The position numbers were made by a program, and so were the translations under genes. A DNA stretch of 50,987 nt from NCBI GenBank assembly GCA_046497485.1, contig JAWOFP010000006.1:1-50987 (forward strand). Direction: 5' to 3'. This document shows, one piece after another, positions 37,096-47,238 of the stretch. Source of the stretch: Candidatus Nanohaloarchaea archaeon. GTDB taxonomy: Archaea > Nanohalarchaeota > Nanosalinia > Nanosalinales > Nanosalinaceae. The first letter of the stretch is position 1, and each line of letters begins with the position of its first letter. Under the pieces are notes generated by a model. It was not told where the DNA came from and made no database searches. It was given only the letters and a program-made list of their open reading frames with translations.

Positions 37096-37269
37096 ATGAG
37101 TTCCAATAAATCAAAAGGTAAGAAGAAGAGACTTTCGAAGGCAGCGAATACAGCTAAATCAGCACCAAGATGGGTTTCCCTGAAAGTGTTCGGCATGGAT
37201 CGCGCCGGTAAGAAGTCTGTAAAACCTCGGAAAAGCCGTCATTGGCGTCGCAACGACACTGATGAATAA
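37096..37269 (+). CDS. rpl39e: 50S ribosomal protein L39e
   Basis: Manual translation MSSNKSKGKKKRLSKAANTAKSAPRWVSLKVFGMDRAGKKSVKPRKSRHWRRNDTDE. Confidence 0.92.
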   Translation: MSSNKSKGKKKRLSKAANTAKSAPRWVSLKVFGMDRAGKKSVKPRKSRHWRRNDTDE

Positions 37270-37718
37270 TGCGTAAGACAGTAAACATTTCAAAAGCAAA
37301 GACTGCGTCAAGGCAGAGCCGAGCAAAGAAAGCAGTTTCAGTTCTCAAATCTCATTTTGAGGAAGATGTTAAAGTCTCTCCAGAACTAAATGAGCAGATC
37401 TGGAGCAAAGGAATCGAGAACCCTCCATCTAAAGTAACTGTAAGTTTAGAAGACGGAACACTTTATCCTGCTGAAAGCTTTGAATCAGAGACTCAAGAAG
37501 TTGAGGAAGAGACAGAAGAACCTGATCAAACTGAGGAAGCAGAAGATGAATCGTCAGAATCCGTCGATGAAGACTACAGTGAAGTAGTCGACGGAACAAT
37601 GGACGAAGTCAAGGACAGAGTCGGAGAACTGGAAGATCCTGACTTCGAGGCCTTGATTGAAGCTGAAGAAGCTGATAGGGATCGTAAGACTATGAAGGAA
37701 TGGCTTGAGAACCAGTGA
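37269..37718 (+). CDS. rpl31e: 50S ribosomal protein L31e with acidic C-terminal extension
   Basis: RAKKAV..LK, VKVSPELNEQIWSKGIENPPSKV; between L39e and aIF6. Confidence 0.9.
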   Translation: MRKTVNISKAKTASRQSRAKKAVSVLKSHFEEDVKVSPELNEQIWSKGIENPPSKVTVSLEDGTLYPAESFESETQEVEEETEEPDQTEEAEDESSESVDEDYSEVVDGTMDEVKDRVGELEDPDFEALIEAEEADRDRKTMKEWLENQ

Positions 37719-38353
37719 TTGAGAAATATAATTACGGCGGCGGAGAGAATCTAGGATTCAACGCAGTCGTAACTAATTCCTATATCTTAGTTCCTCCAGA
37801 GTTTAAGAGAAAAGACTTCTTTGAAATCGATAATGTAATCGAGACACGGATAGCGAAGACTAACCTAGTAGGCCTTTTCTCAGCCGGAAACTCGAATGGA
37901 TTAATTGTTCCAAAAGAAGTTTCGGACCTAGAAAAAGATAGGTTAGAGGAATCTGGAGTGAATTTCACTGTTCTTGACTCAAGATTCAATGCCTTAGGCA
38001 ACCTAATTTTATGCAATGATGAAGGCGCAGTTATCAGCCCTAAACTTGAGGAGTTCAAGGAAGATATTTCTGAGGCATTGGAAGTTGATGTATTAGTAAG
38101 TGAGATCGCAGAACTGAATCCTGGGGTTTCAGGCCTTGCGAATTCAAAGGGAGCAGTTATTCACAGAGATGCATCTGAAGAAGATGCAGAGAATGTAATG
38201 GATGCGCTTGACTTAGAAGATATTGATATTGGAACCGTTAACATGGGTTCTCCGTTTACAGGCTCTGGAGCAGTATGTAATGACGAAGACCTTCTGACTG
38301 GAGAAACTACTACAGGCCCTGAGATCGGCCGGTTTGACAGAACTCTTTTCTAA
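37715..38353 (+). CDS. eif6: Translation initiation factor aIF-6
   Basis: AGNSNG, ALGNLILCND, GTVNMGSP, TTGPE motifs. Confidence 0.95.
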   Translation: MIEKYNYGGGENLGFNAVVTNSYILVPPEFKRKDFFEIDNVIETRIAKTNLVGLFSAGNSNGLIVPKEVSDLEKDRLEESGVNFTVLDSRFNALGNLILCNDEGAVISPKLEEFKEDISEALEVDVLVSEIAELNPGVSGLANSKGAVIHRDASEEDAENVMDALDLEDIDIGTVNMGSPFTGSGAVCNDEDLLTGETTTGPEIGRFDRTLF

Positions 38354-38393
38354 ATCATCGGTTTTTTATTCTACTTAAGAGAACTTTACTCTA

Positions 38394-39251
38394 ATGGACG
38401 CAGAGATTCCTGAGCCTCTAGAAGCAGTTCTTCTACCACTAGGAGAGAAAGGTAGAGCAGCTGTACCATCCATAGAACAAGACCTCAGGATGGCTAGGAT
38501 GGACGACGATCCAGATGAATATCTTGCTTTTGCTTTATACAAGGCCTTACAGATGGGAGTAGGTCTAGGAGCTTCTGCAGTAGCGATCGGATTTATACTT
38601 AATCTAAACTTGATGAAGTATCTAGGCGCAGGAATAATGGTTGTTATTACGCCTCTACTCTTTCTATCATTCGGCTACCAGCCGAAAATTAAGGCCAAGA
38701 ATATTTCAAGAAATATTGAGAAAAACCTGCCTTATGCTTTGAGACACATGCTTATTGAGGTCAGCTCAGGCATTTCACTATACCAAGCAATGGTGTCAGT
38801 AAGCCAGGACTATGAAGAGGCCTCAGATGAATTCGAGAGAATCGTTTCAGATATTCAAGGAGGAAAGAGCCAGATAGAAGCAATAGAAGACTCAATCGCA
38901 AGGACAGAAAGCCAAATGTATAGGAGAACACAGTGGCAATTAATTAACTCCATTAAGTCCGGTGCAAATGTAACAAGGACGCTAGAATCATTAGTAGATA
39001 CTATTTTAGAGGAGCAAAAATTAGAAGTCCAGAACTACGGCGAAGACCTTAACCCATTTATTCTAATGTATCTAATGCTTGCTGTAATTTTCCCAAGCTT
39101 GGGAGTAACTTTAATGATCGTTTTATCTTCATTCACAGGTTTTGAAATCGACCAGCTTATTTTCTATGGGATAGTTGGAGGCCTAGTTGTCTTCCAGTTA
39201 TTCTTCCTAAACTTGTTGAAGAGTAGAAGGCCTGAGGTGAAGGCAGCATGA
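38394..39251 (+). CDS. Type IV pilus platform protein (T2SS-F/TadC-like)
   Basis: IEKNLPYALRHM...SSG, EF.RIV.DI..G, C-terminal TM pair with VIFP. Confidence 0.88.
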   Translation: MDAEIPEPLEAVLLPLGEKGRAAVPSIEQDLRMARMDDDPDEYLAFALYKALQMGVGLGASAVAIGFILNLNLMKYLGAGIMVVITPLLFLSFGYQPKIKAKNISRNIEKNLPYALRHMLIEVSSGISLYQAMVSVSQDYEEASDEFERIVSDIQGGKSQIEAIEDSIARTESQMYRRTQWQLINSIKSGANVTRTLESLVDTILEEQKLEVQNYGEDLNPFILMYLMLAVIFPSLGVTLMIVLSSFTGFEIDQLIFYGIVGGLVVFQLFFLNLLKSRRPEVKAA

Positions 39252-40225
39252 AGGCAGTATATGACAAGCTTCCAAAGCTATACAAAGAAAAACTGGAGAA
39301 AGAAGCAAACTACGCAAATGTCAGCCAGTATAAGTCAGAGACAGTTAACGCCATACTGAGCTTCCTAATGCTGTCAGTTTTAGGAGCAGTATTCTTCCTA
39401 GAGTTCTCGCTTCCAATCAGCGCTACTATAGGCCTTTCAGCAGGGATATTTCTTGGATTTGGAGTTCCGTGGATGTATCTCTCCCTGAGAGCCGAGAGAA
39501 GAAAGGTTAAAATGGAGCAGACCTTGCCAGACGCATTAAAATTAGTCTCTTCCAATACACGGTCAGGACATACATTGGAGAAGGCCTTCCTACTGAGTGC
39601 ACGAGATGAGTTCGGGCCGTTGGCAGACGAGCTTAGAATCACTGCAATGGACATGTACGGAGGGAAAGCAGTAGAAGAATCCTTACAGGAGCTGGAAGGA
39701 AGGATTAAATCAGAGCTTTTCCAAGAGACATTAAAGCTTCTAATTGATGGTATTAAAGCAGGCGGAGACAAAGCCGATCTACTGGACTCAAGTGCAGAAG
39801 ACATTAGAAACTCACTAGAACTTAGAGATGAAATTAAATCCAGTATTCGTATGTATGTAATTTTTATTATGATGGTAGCAGTTATAGGCGCACCAATACT
39901 TTTCTCAGTCAGCGTATACATGGCAGAAACAACCACAAACATGTGGGAAGACGCTGAAATAGGCGAAATAGAAGGAGGCGGAATGAGCAGCCAAATCGGA
40001 TTTGATATAGAATTTAGCGCACCAAATGTAGATGTAGAGTTCTTCAACACATTCGCTTACATGGCTATCAGCACCACAAACATTTTTGCAGCACTGATAA
40101 TATCAGAGATAAACAACGGGAATGTAAAGTCAGGTATAAAGTACGCCCCGATATTCATGGTGGTATCGCTCAGCATATTCACAGGCGTTAACATCGCAAT
40201 TAGCCAGGCCTTAGGCGGCATGTAG
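39248..40225 (+). CDS. Second type IV pilus platform protein (T2SS-F/TadC-like)
   Basis: MEQTLPDALKLVSSN.RSG, EFGPLADEL, GIKAGG; coupled to the previous gene. Confidence 0.88.
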   Translation: MKAVYDKLPKLYKEKLEKEANYANVSQYKSETVNAILSFLMLSVLGAVFFLEFSLPISATIGLSAGIFLGFGVPWMYLSLRAERRKVKMEQTLPDALKLVSSNTRSGHTLEKAFLLSARDEFGPLADELRITAMDMYGGKAVEESLQELEGRIKSELFQETLKLLIDGIKAGGDKADLLDSSAEDIRNSLELRDEIKSSIRMYVIFIMMVAVIGAPILFSVSVYMAETTTNMWEDAEIGEIEGGGMSSQIGFDIEFSAPNVDVEFFNTFAYMAISTTNIFAALIISEINNGNVKSGIKYAPIFMVVSLSIFTGVNIAISQALGGM

Positions 40226-40285
40226 TCCCGACAAGGTTTTTATATAGGCCTCGCTAATATTGTTATATCAGGTGTAAACCAATTA

Positions 40286-40801
40286 ATGACCGAATACACT
40301 TTTGACAAGACAAAAGGTCAGTCAGCAATCGAATATCTGATGACTTACGGATGGATGCTTTTAGTAGTAGCAATTGTAGGAGGAGCAATCTTCGCAACCG
40401 TCCAGGGACAATGTACCCAGAGCACATCAGGATTCAGCGGAGGAGATGTCTTAATTGACAACTTCGGAACCGATAGTGACGGAAACCTTCAGATGGAAGT
40501 AAGAAATGGAGGATCCAACACACTGGACATAGATTCAGTAAATCTAGCCGGAGAGGAATTCACAGAAGGAGCAAGTGACAATGACAGAGAACTTGTCTTT
40601 GATGAGGATGGATCAATTGGAGTAGGTTCAGCACAGACAGTTACATTAGGTAACTCTACTGATTCAGACAATGGAGCTCCTTTCGGATCTTCTGATGGAT
40701 GTAATGATTACGACATTGAATTCAATTATGGATTCGATGGCGGTCTTGACGACCAAGTAACTTCAGGTACACTGACTGACAGCATTGAATTTGACAACTA
40801 A
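40286..40801 (+). CDS. Type IV pilin, probable major pilin
   Basis: Class III signal KG/QSAIEYLMTYGW plus hydrophobic helix; own TATA box (TTTTTATA) and AGGTG SD. Confidence 0.88.
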   Translation: MTEYTFDKTKGQSAIEYLMTYGWMLLVVAIVGGAIFATVQGQCTQSTSGFSGGDVLIDNFGTDSDGNLQMEVRNGGSNTLDIDSVNLAGEEFTEGASDNDRELVFDEDGSIGVGSAQTVTLGNSTDSDNGAPFGSSDGCNDYDIEFNYGFDGGLDDQVTSGTLTDSIEFDN

Positions 40802-40821
40802 CATATCTTCTTATTTTTCTT

Positions 40822-41976
40822 TTATTCTTCTAAACTCTCTAAATTCCAATCTACCAAATTCTCTCTATCCAAGTTGACCCAAGGCCTCTCATCAAAATTA
40901 TTCTCATTGGAGTTCAGGCCTGTAACATTTACAGTTGATCCATCTGGGCCTCGAGAACTATAGTATAGATAATCTTCGTTAGGAGACCCAAAGCTTGAAG
41001 AATCGGGAATAATCGTCATTATTCCTTGATCTGAGGCGCTACTGTCATTCTCCATCCTGTCAAATATGTCAGGAGCGTTACCAGATTCAACAAAGCATTG
41101 ATTATCTAAGATTTCCCGGAAGTAAGAGACATACACCTCATTGGCGTCTATTATCACATTTTCTCCAGTATTGACCTGTCTATCAAGATCAAAGTCTTGA
41201 ACATAATCCTCATTACTGTAGCTAGAGTCTTCTAAAACGACTGCAGCAAATGCATCAAGCGTTGAGGCCTGAATACCGTCCGCTGACTCAATAAAAATCA
41301 CTTTTTCTCCTTTATTACTGACAGAGCCTGGATCTTCAGGCCTGTAAACTACTTCAGCTGATATAACTGAGTTAGAGCTTGAACCTCCTGAACCAGCAAG
41401 ATAAGCTGGTTTATCATAACCGCAGTAACTGTATTCAACATCTTCCCCAGCTTGGAACTCGGCGAAAGGATCCTTCGCACCGTCTATCGAGGCCTGAGAA
41501 GTAACTGTTCGATTGAGAGCATTATTTGTGTCCACTATATTATCTGTAAAACTGTAGTCCAGTGTGACAGACGATTCAATTGTCAGGCCTGATGCGGAAA
41601 AACTGAAACTGTCTCCTGCGTTAAGGTTTAGATCTCTTCTTACTTCTGACTGAAAAACATCATTTAAATCGGTTTCAACCTGATTCAATGAGTAGTGAGA
41701 GCCTGAATCAGGATCGTATTCATCCGAAAAATCAGTTTGAGCATCTGTTACTGAACTGCTTAGGCCTTCATTAAATTCTTGTAAATGCTCGTTAACAGTT
41801 AAGCCAAAGCTTTCACTGAATGAGTTTTTCACACTTGAATCCAAGGTTTGAGCGGTTTCAACCGATCCAATGTCTTGGTTCACTGATTCAGGATAGACGT
41901 CAAGAGGCGAAATAAACATTAGAAACATCATAGAGGTTGCCAGTACCGCGAAAGGAGTATAAGCCATTCCTTTCAT
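40822..41976 (-). CDS. Pilus-associated protein with class III-like signal peptide
   Basis: MKG/MAYTPFAVL plus hydrophobic helix; Ser/Asp/Asn-rich body. Confidence 0.7.
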   Translation of the reverse strand: MKGMAYTPFAVLATSMMFLMFISPLDVYPESVNQDIGSVETAQTLDSSVKNSFSESFGLTVNEHLQEFNEGLSSSVTDAQTDFSDEYDPDSGSHYSLNQVETDLNDVFQSEVRRDLNLNAGDSFSFSASGLTIESSVTLDYSFTDNIVDTNNALNRTVTSQASIDGAKDPFAEFQAGEDVEYSYCGYDKPAYLAGSGGSSSNSVISAEVVYRPEDPGSVSNKGEKVIFIESADGIQASTLDAFAAVVLEDSSYSNEDYVQDFDLDRQVNTGENVIIDANEVYVSYFREILDNQCFVESGNAPDIFDRMENDSSASDQGIMTIIPDSSSFGSPNEDYLYYSSRGPDGSTVNVTGLNSNENNFDERPWVNLDRENLVDWNLESLEE

Positions 41977-42428
41977 TCTCCCACCACCACAACCATCTCA
42001 ACTGGATCTTTTACACCTACAACAAAGCTAGCGGATGAGGATTGGCTCAAGCTATCTGAAGAATAGACCTGTTCTAGGCCTGAACTGTTATCTAAATAGA
42101 GCTGAGTTGAATGCCGGTAATCTCCAAGATAGGCCTCAGCTACTTCGCTGGAACCAGTATTTCTATGCTGTTTTACGATCAACTGTGAAATCTTCATTCC
42201 CTGCTCTGAAGCAGATAAGCTCAAGTCAGCTCTGTCAATTTCCGAGGCCTCCTGTTCTTGCATCGTATTTGCTATATCATTTGCCTGTGCACTGTACTGA
42301 TCAAATCTAATATCTCCAGAATCTGGGGAATTAGCAGTTGTCGCAACGACCAAAGTAGTGGAAGCCAACGCCATAAGCATCAGCCCCATCAAGGCATCGA
42401 ATGAAAAATAGAATCCCTTTACCGCCAT
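41973..42428 (-). CDS. Minor pilin-like protein
   Basis: KG/FYFSFDALMGLML class III-like N-terminus. Confidence 0.75.
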   Translation of the reverse strand: MAVKGFYFSFDALMGLMLMALASTTLVVATTANSPDSGDIRFDQYSAQANDIANTMQEQEASEIDRADLSLSASEQGMKISQLIVKQHRNTGSSEVAEAYLGDYRHSTQLYLDNSSGLEQVYSSDSLSQSSSASFVVGVKDPVEMVVVVGE

Positions 42429-42898
42429 GAAATATATCTGACCTCCGCTCGCTCTAAAGTATTATTGTTTCTAAGTAAGACCTCTCTCCTAAAAGGAACA
42501 GCAGAATCACCGTTCGGCTCATAACCCATCTCATAACTTTGAGACCTAGACTCTATAGATAACGAAAAGTTCTGAGTTTGAAGCAAAGATACTTGCTGTG
42601 AATGATTCAAGACCTGAAACTCCTGTATACTAGACTGATTCAACACATAAGGCCTGGTAGATAATCCAAGTTTCTCAGGATCATCCCAATCCTCTGTCGA
42701 ATCTGTAATCATCTGTGTGACTGCTCTCTGACCCTGCTGATACTGCTCTCGGTCCTCAAAACCCGAGACCTGTGTATCAATCATAGAGTTCCAAGACAGT
42801 AGGAATACTGATATCATTACTCCGAAAACCGTTACACTTACTAGAAAGTCTGGTGCAAAGGCCTGACCCTTACTGAGGGATGACATGGATAGATCCAT
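42419..42898 (-). CDS. Minor pilin-like protein
   Basis: KG/QAFAPDFLVSV class III-like N-terminus; true start may be the second Met. Confidence 0.75.
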   Translation of the reverse strand: MDLSMSSLSKGQAFAPDFLVSVTVFGVMISVFLLSWNSMIDTQVSGFEDREQYQQGQRAVTQMITDSTEDWDDPEKLGLSTRPYVLNQSSIQEFQVLNHSQQVSLLQTQNFSLSIESRSQSYEMGYEPNGDSAVPFRREVLLRNNNTLERAEVRYISWR

Positions 42899-43274
42899 TA
42901 TTTTTCACCCTGAAAGGCCCGTTACTTGCTCTGATTTTAACATCCTCCTCAGTATTTACGCTAGCGATTCTCGTGGACTGAACTATGTCCTCATCTTTCC
43001 ATTCCACTATCACGAATCCGCTGTCGACTGTCACATTATAAGGAGTTCCGAAAATCTCTCTCGGCAGTTCGAAATCTCTCTCATAACCAGTTCCATAGTT
43101 TTCTGCTTGCTCCAACTCATAGGCATAACTAGAACCGATATTAGAAGCCAGAGAATTCTCCCTAAACTCAAAAGCCTCAACCTGTCGATCAGCCACAGAA
43201 CTGAAAAGCACAGCCAGTATCAACAACGAGATAGTAAAGTAAACAAAGAACTCGATAGAGACCTGGCCTTTCAT
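42870..43274 (-). CDS. Minor pilin
   Basis: MKG/QVSIEFFVY class III signal with +5 Glu. Confidence 0.8.
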   Translation of the reverse strand: MKGQVSIEFFVYFTISLLILAVLFSSVADRQVEAFEFRENSLASNIGSSYAYELEQAENYGTGYERDFELPREIFGTPYNVTVDSGFVIVEWKDEDIVQSTRIASVNTEEDVKIRASNGPFRVKNNGSIHVIPQ

Positions 43275-43288
43275 AACTTAAGATTGGC

Positions 43289-43303
43289 GAGGCCTGAATA
43301 AAA
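43289..43303 (-). promoter_or_regulatory. Pilin-gene promoter motif TTTTATTCAGGCCTC (copy 1)
   Basis: Identical 15-mer at identical spacing upstream of ATG 43274 and ATG 47185. Confidence 0.6.
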
Positions 43304-43312
43304 TATCATCGA

Positions 43313-46300
43313 CTACTCAGTGAAGACCGACATATTTGAAACAGTCCAACTCTGAGTAACATCAGAAGTAGTACCATTCAACCTGATCCTTGCATCCTTT
43401 GAATCACTTACACCTAATGAAAACTCATTAGAGCCGTCCTGAACATCAAAGCTCTGCGACTGATCAACCTCTCTCTCACCGGAATAAACCCTATAGTTAT
43501 GAACATTCCAAGTCTTGGTAGCGTTACTAGAAGTACCATTGAAACTTAATCTAGCATTTTCAGAAGCCTGAACATCCAAAGTATAATTCTTCTCATTTTC
43601 ACCTGAATCTATCGATAAATATTCTCTATCAACCAACTCATCGCTTGAATCCAAAGCCTCAAACTCTGCAGTTAGACCAGTTTCAGAAGGCACTGAAGCA
43701 TTGATTTCGGCTTTCTCCCACGAAGTCTCCTGGCTGTTGTCTATTTTTTCAGCCGTGTAATTTCCTTGGAAAGGCCTGCCATTGAAGTAAAGTTGGTTAA
43801 TTTTTTCTTCAGATAACGAAGAATTGTAGAGTTGTAACTCATCAATTTGTCCATCAAAATGACGACCTCCTGTAGTAGCCCGATGCCCAATGTTTAGCCC
43901 TCTGTTAATATTTACAGTTCCAGAATAACTACCAGTACTAGTTTGAGTGTCTTTCCATGCTTTCCAATTTCCACTATCCCATCGCAGAGCGTAGAAAGTC
44001 CATCCATCTGAAGGATTAAAAGAGAAAATATCATCCAAATCAGCTTTAGTGGACGCCCCAAGGCCAAAATCAATATGATCTCCATCATCCATCCACATGT
44101 AAAGTCTATCATCTTCGCCATCCGTTCTATGGAAGAATGGCAGTTGTTCATCAGTACTATCAGTATTAACCCAAAGGATAATTGATCCCGAATCACCAGT
44201 ATTCTGAGTATTTGAAATATTGATATAATCATCACTTCCATCAAAATCAAAACTTCTAGAGCCCATCACTCCTTGATTTTCTGTACTTAAACCACCGTAG
44301 GCAAGTCCATCGATATCATTACCGGAATAGTCTTTAATCGTGCCACCATCACCAGCAACATTCTCATCCATTCTCCAGTAACCAACTAAATTATCACTGG
44401 ATGAGCCATTTCTATATCCGATTCTCAGGCCTTCATTCTTATCCTCAACCTCCGAACTAAAGACCTCTAAACCATGAATCTCCCAGCTCTTCGTCACATT
44501 ACTAGAAGTACCGTTTATGAAAACTTCGGCATCCTCAGAACTACTAACACTCAAACTATAGTTATTCAGGCCTTCACTCAAATCAATACTCTGACTATCA
44601 ACCAAATTACCATTAGTATCTAAGGCCTTGAAAGTCGCATTAACTGAAGTATCAGAAGGAATAGAAGCATTAACCTCCAGATCATCCCAGTTAGTTTCTT
44701 CACTGTTATCGATTTTTTCAGCTGTGTAATTACCCTGGAAAGGCCTACCATTGAAATAGAGTTCTTTAATTTCGGATTCGGAAAGAGCTTTATTATACAT
44801 TCTAAATTCGTCAATCGATCCGTTAAATTGAACATCGGAAGACCCTCTTCCACCTATTCTAGCTCCGTTAGAAAGATCGATATTGCTACTACCTGAAATA
44901 GAATTCTGATGGGATCCATTCAGATATGTAGAGTAAGTTGAACCATCGTACGCTCCACACATCAAAACTCTTTTACCCACTAACCCGCTGAAATCGCCGA
45001 ATGAAGCAGTTCCGTCAGGAGTCTTCAAAGTAATTTCAGATGAACCTGCAGAACTGCTCTCCCAGGAAAACTGATGGCTTCCTGCATCACCTAAAGTATC
45101 AAAGGGAGAATTCCATTCATTGGAATCAAACTCAGAGCCTAAATTATCGTATCTAACCCATGCACAGGCCGAAAATGATGAATACTGATCCAATGAAGGT
45201 AACTGAACAAGATCATCTTCACCATCGAATGAGAAACCAGGAGTCGAAAACACCCCCGAATCTCCTGTAGTCACTCCGCCACTAAATGAACCATCATAAA
45301 CATTACCAGAGTAATCTTTGGCAGAATCGCCATCCATCCGCCAATAACCGACTAAATTGCCACCTGTAGAACCATTTCTGTAACCGAGGCCTAAGTCTCC
45401 GCTATTATCCTTCCTATCCGCTGAGGTTCCATTGAACTCTCCTTGGTTGAATCCTGATTGAGTTGAGGCCTCAAACTCAGAAGGATAGTTATATTCAGTG
45501 ATTACTTCATCGGACGTAGTTTTATTGAAATCTCCCTGATTCCATTCAGTAGCTGAATTGTAGGCCTGTTCCGCTGTGTAAAGCAGCGAATCTTTCAAAG
45601 TTTCAAAAGTAGCGGTTAGTTCTTCTGCAGTTGAATTAATTGAGGCCTGAATCTCTAGTCTCTTCCAGTTTTGGGTATCGGCGTTCTCGATTGCCTTTGA
45701 AGTATAATTCCCTTTGAAAGGCTCTCCCTGAAGGTATAACTGTTTGATCTCTGAATCTGTTAAAGATCGGTTATAGAACTTGACTTCATCAATATTCCCT
45801 TCCCAAAAGCCATCAGGGTCTTTCAAGCCTTTACCAATATAGAAGTCAGGAACTTCTAAGTTGCCCGAGAGGGATCCCGGATCTGACGTATAAGATACTT
45901 CTTCACCGTTTATGAAAACTTCTGGTGCGCTAGTTGAAGACCATCTCATCAAAACATGCTGCCACTCACTACTCTGTATGTCGGATTCTGTCTCACCACT
46001 CACAGATCCTTGATCAGTCTCAACACCAAATTTAATCAGATTACTACCGCCTCCATCGTAGCCAGACGCATCATATCTTAAGCCAAGATTTGAATCAGTG
46101 GAATCGCCTGTAGTCGTTCCTAGTATAGATGCATCAACCCCAGTATTATCAGATTTAATCCAGGTCGAAACAGTAAACTCGGATGAGCCATCAGGAGCTA
46201 AAGGGCCATTAACCGTAACATCATCTGAACCGCTGAAATATAGACTCGAGGTATCAAAAATACCCTGTTCTAGGCTAGCTCCATTTATGGTTCCATCGTT

Positions 46301-47185
46301 TTCAATACTGCTATAATCTAATGCCGTGCTTCCCGAAGTATCATCGAACCTCCAGTAACCTACTAGGCCTTCCTCTAAATTTGTTGAGGAAGGATTGGTT
46401 CCGTTCAGGTATCCTAGGCCTAGATTCCCTGAATTATCGTTTCTGTCGGCGGATGTCCGGTTGAAGAATCCTTGGTTCCACTCAATCTGTGAATTAATTG
46501 AGAAGGCAAGTATTTCAGATTGTTCAGCTTGATAAAGTTTGCTTACTTGGTCTATTTCACCGTCATCAGCCTCTATCTCTAGAGTGATATTATAGACTTG
46601 AGTATCACTAAAGGTGTAGGAAAAAGTCTCTGAACCTGTCTGATTTACTGTTCCATTCACTATCCATTCTCTATTTACAATAGATTTTCTCGAGGCCTGA
46701 GATTGGTCCTCAAAAGTAATTTCATTTCCGACTATTATTGGATTAAGTGCCTCAAAGTTTGCTGCGAAAGTATCCCATTCTAACACTACTTGGTCTCCCG
46801 AGGTCTTTGCATTTATCCTATACCTTCCTCTCTCAGTAGGAAGTTCAGTAGCTGAAACATTATTCTCGAATATACGAGTATAATTAGTTAGTTCACCTGA
46901 GCGGTTCTGAGTGAACACAATATTTTTATTCCCAACAACTCTAGCACTTTGAATATTATCAGGGACACTAAGTACGAAACTGGTCTGCGCAGATGCTCCT
47001 AAAGCATCCGCCCTTTCAATCGCTGACTCCATCTCATCCAATGACGAGGTAAAACGAGCATCCTGGGAATCAGTTCTCAAACTAATCACATCCTGCTGAA
47101 CCAGTCCAATAAAAGGTGTAGCCATCAAAAGACCTAACCCTACTATCGCCAGGTATTCAATAGAGGACTGGGCCTTAAAATCCAT
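43313..47185 (-). CDS. Giant pilin-adhesin: pilin N-terminus, PKD/Ig-like domain and three LamG/concanavalin-like domains
   Basis: KA/QSSIEYL class III signal; ITFEDQS...W...YTFSD..VYNITL (PKD-like); three LVGYWR.D ... G.IDE...YN..LS LamG units; many N-x-S/T sequons. Confidence 0.85.
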   Translation of the reverse strand: MDFKAQSSIEYLAIVGLGLLMATPFIGLVQQDVISLRTDSQDARFTSSLDEMESAIERADALGASAQTSFVLSVPDNIQSARVVGNKNIVFTQNRSGELTNYTRIFENNVSATELPTERGRYRINAKTSGDQVVLEWDTFAANFEALNPIIVGNEITFEDQSQASRKSIVNREWIVNGTVNQTGSETFSYTFSDTQVYNITLEIEADDGEIDQVSKLYQAEQSEILAFSINSQIEWNQGFFNRTSADRNDNSGNLGLGYLNGTNPSSTNLEEGLVGYWRFDDTSGSTALDYSSIENDGTINGASLEQGIFDTSSLYFSGSDDVTVNGPLAPDGSSEFTVSTWIKSDNTGVDASILGTTTGDSTDSNLGLRYDASGYDGGGSNLIKFGVETDQGSVSGETESDIQSSEWQHVLMRWSSTSAPEVFINGEEVSYTSDPGSLSGNLEVPDFYIGKGLKDPDGFWEGNIDEVKFYNRSLTDSEIKQLYLQGEPFKGNYTSKAIENADTQNWKRLEIQASINSTAEELTATFETLKDSLLYTAEQAYNSATEWNQGDFNKTTSDEVITEYNYPSEFEASTQSGFNQGEFNGTSADRKDNSGDLGLGYRNGSTGGNLVGYWRMDGDSAKDYSGNVYDGSFSGGVTTGDSGVFSTPGFSFDGEDDLVQLPSLDQYSSFSACAWVRYDNLGSEFDSNEWNSPFDTLGDAGSHQFSWESSSAGSSEITLKTPDGTASFGDFSGLVGKRVLMCGAYDGSTYSTYLNGSHQNSISGSSNIDLSNGARIGGRGSSDVQFNGSIDEFRMYNKALSESEIKELYFNGRPFQGNYTAEKIDNSEETNWDDLEVNASIPSDTSVNATFKALDTNGNLVDSQSIDLSEGLNNYSLSVSSSEDAEVFINGTSSNVTKSWEIHGLEVFSSEVEDKNEGLRIGYRNGSSSDNLVGYWRMDENVAGDGGTIKDYSGNDIDGLAYGGLSTENQGVMGSRSFDFDGSDDYINISNTQNTGDSGSIILWVNTDSTDEQLPFFHRTDGEDDRLYMWMDDGDHIDFGLGASTKADLDDIFSFNPSDGWTFYALRWDSGNWKAWKDTQTSTGSYSGTVNINRGLNIGHRATTGGRHFDGQIDELQLYNSSLSEEKINQLYFNGRPFQGNYTAEKIDNSQETSWEKAEINASVPSETGLTAEFEALDSSDELVDREYLSIDSGENEKNYTLDVQASENARLSFNGTSSNATKTWNVHNYRVYSGEREVDQSQSFDVQDGSNEFSLGVSDSKDARIRLNGTTSDVTQSWTVSNMSVFTE

Positions 47186-47199
47186 ACATATAACTTGGT

Positions 47200-47214
47200 G
47201 AGGCCTGAATAAAA
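47200..47214 (-). promoter_or_regulatory. Pilin-gene promoter motif TTTTATTCAGGCCTC (copy 2)
   Basis: Same 15-mer as 43289-43303 at the same distance from the start codon. Confidence 0.6.
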
Positions 47215-47238
47215 GTTTGCCGAGAAAATTAAAATCGA

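Noticed and set aside
37154..37348. 64-aa minus-strand ORF
   Set aside because: Antisense to L39e and L31e
39310..40050. 246-aa minus-strand ORF
   Set aside because: Antisense shadow of the T2SS-F gene with Ser/Ile-rich composition and no motif
43313..46500. Diversity-generating retroelement template/variable repeats in the adhesin
   Set aside because: Repeats are in-frame coding duplications with synonymous-type differences, not adenine-specific; no reverse transcriptase in the window
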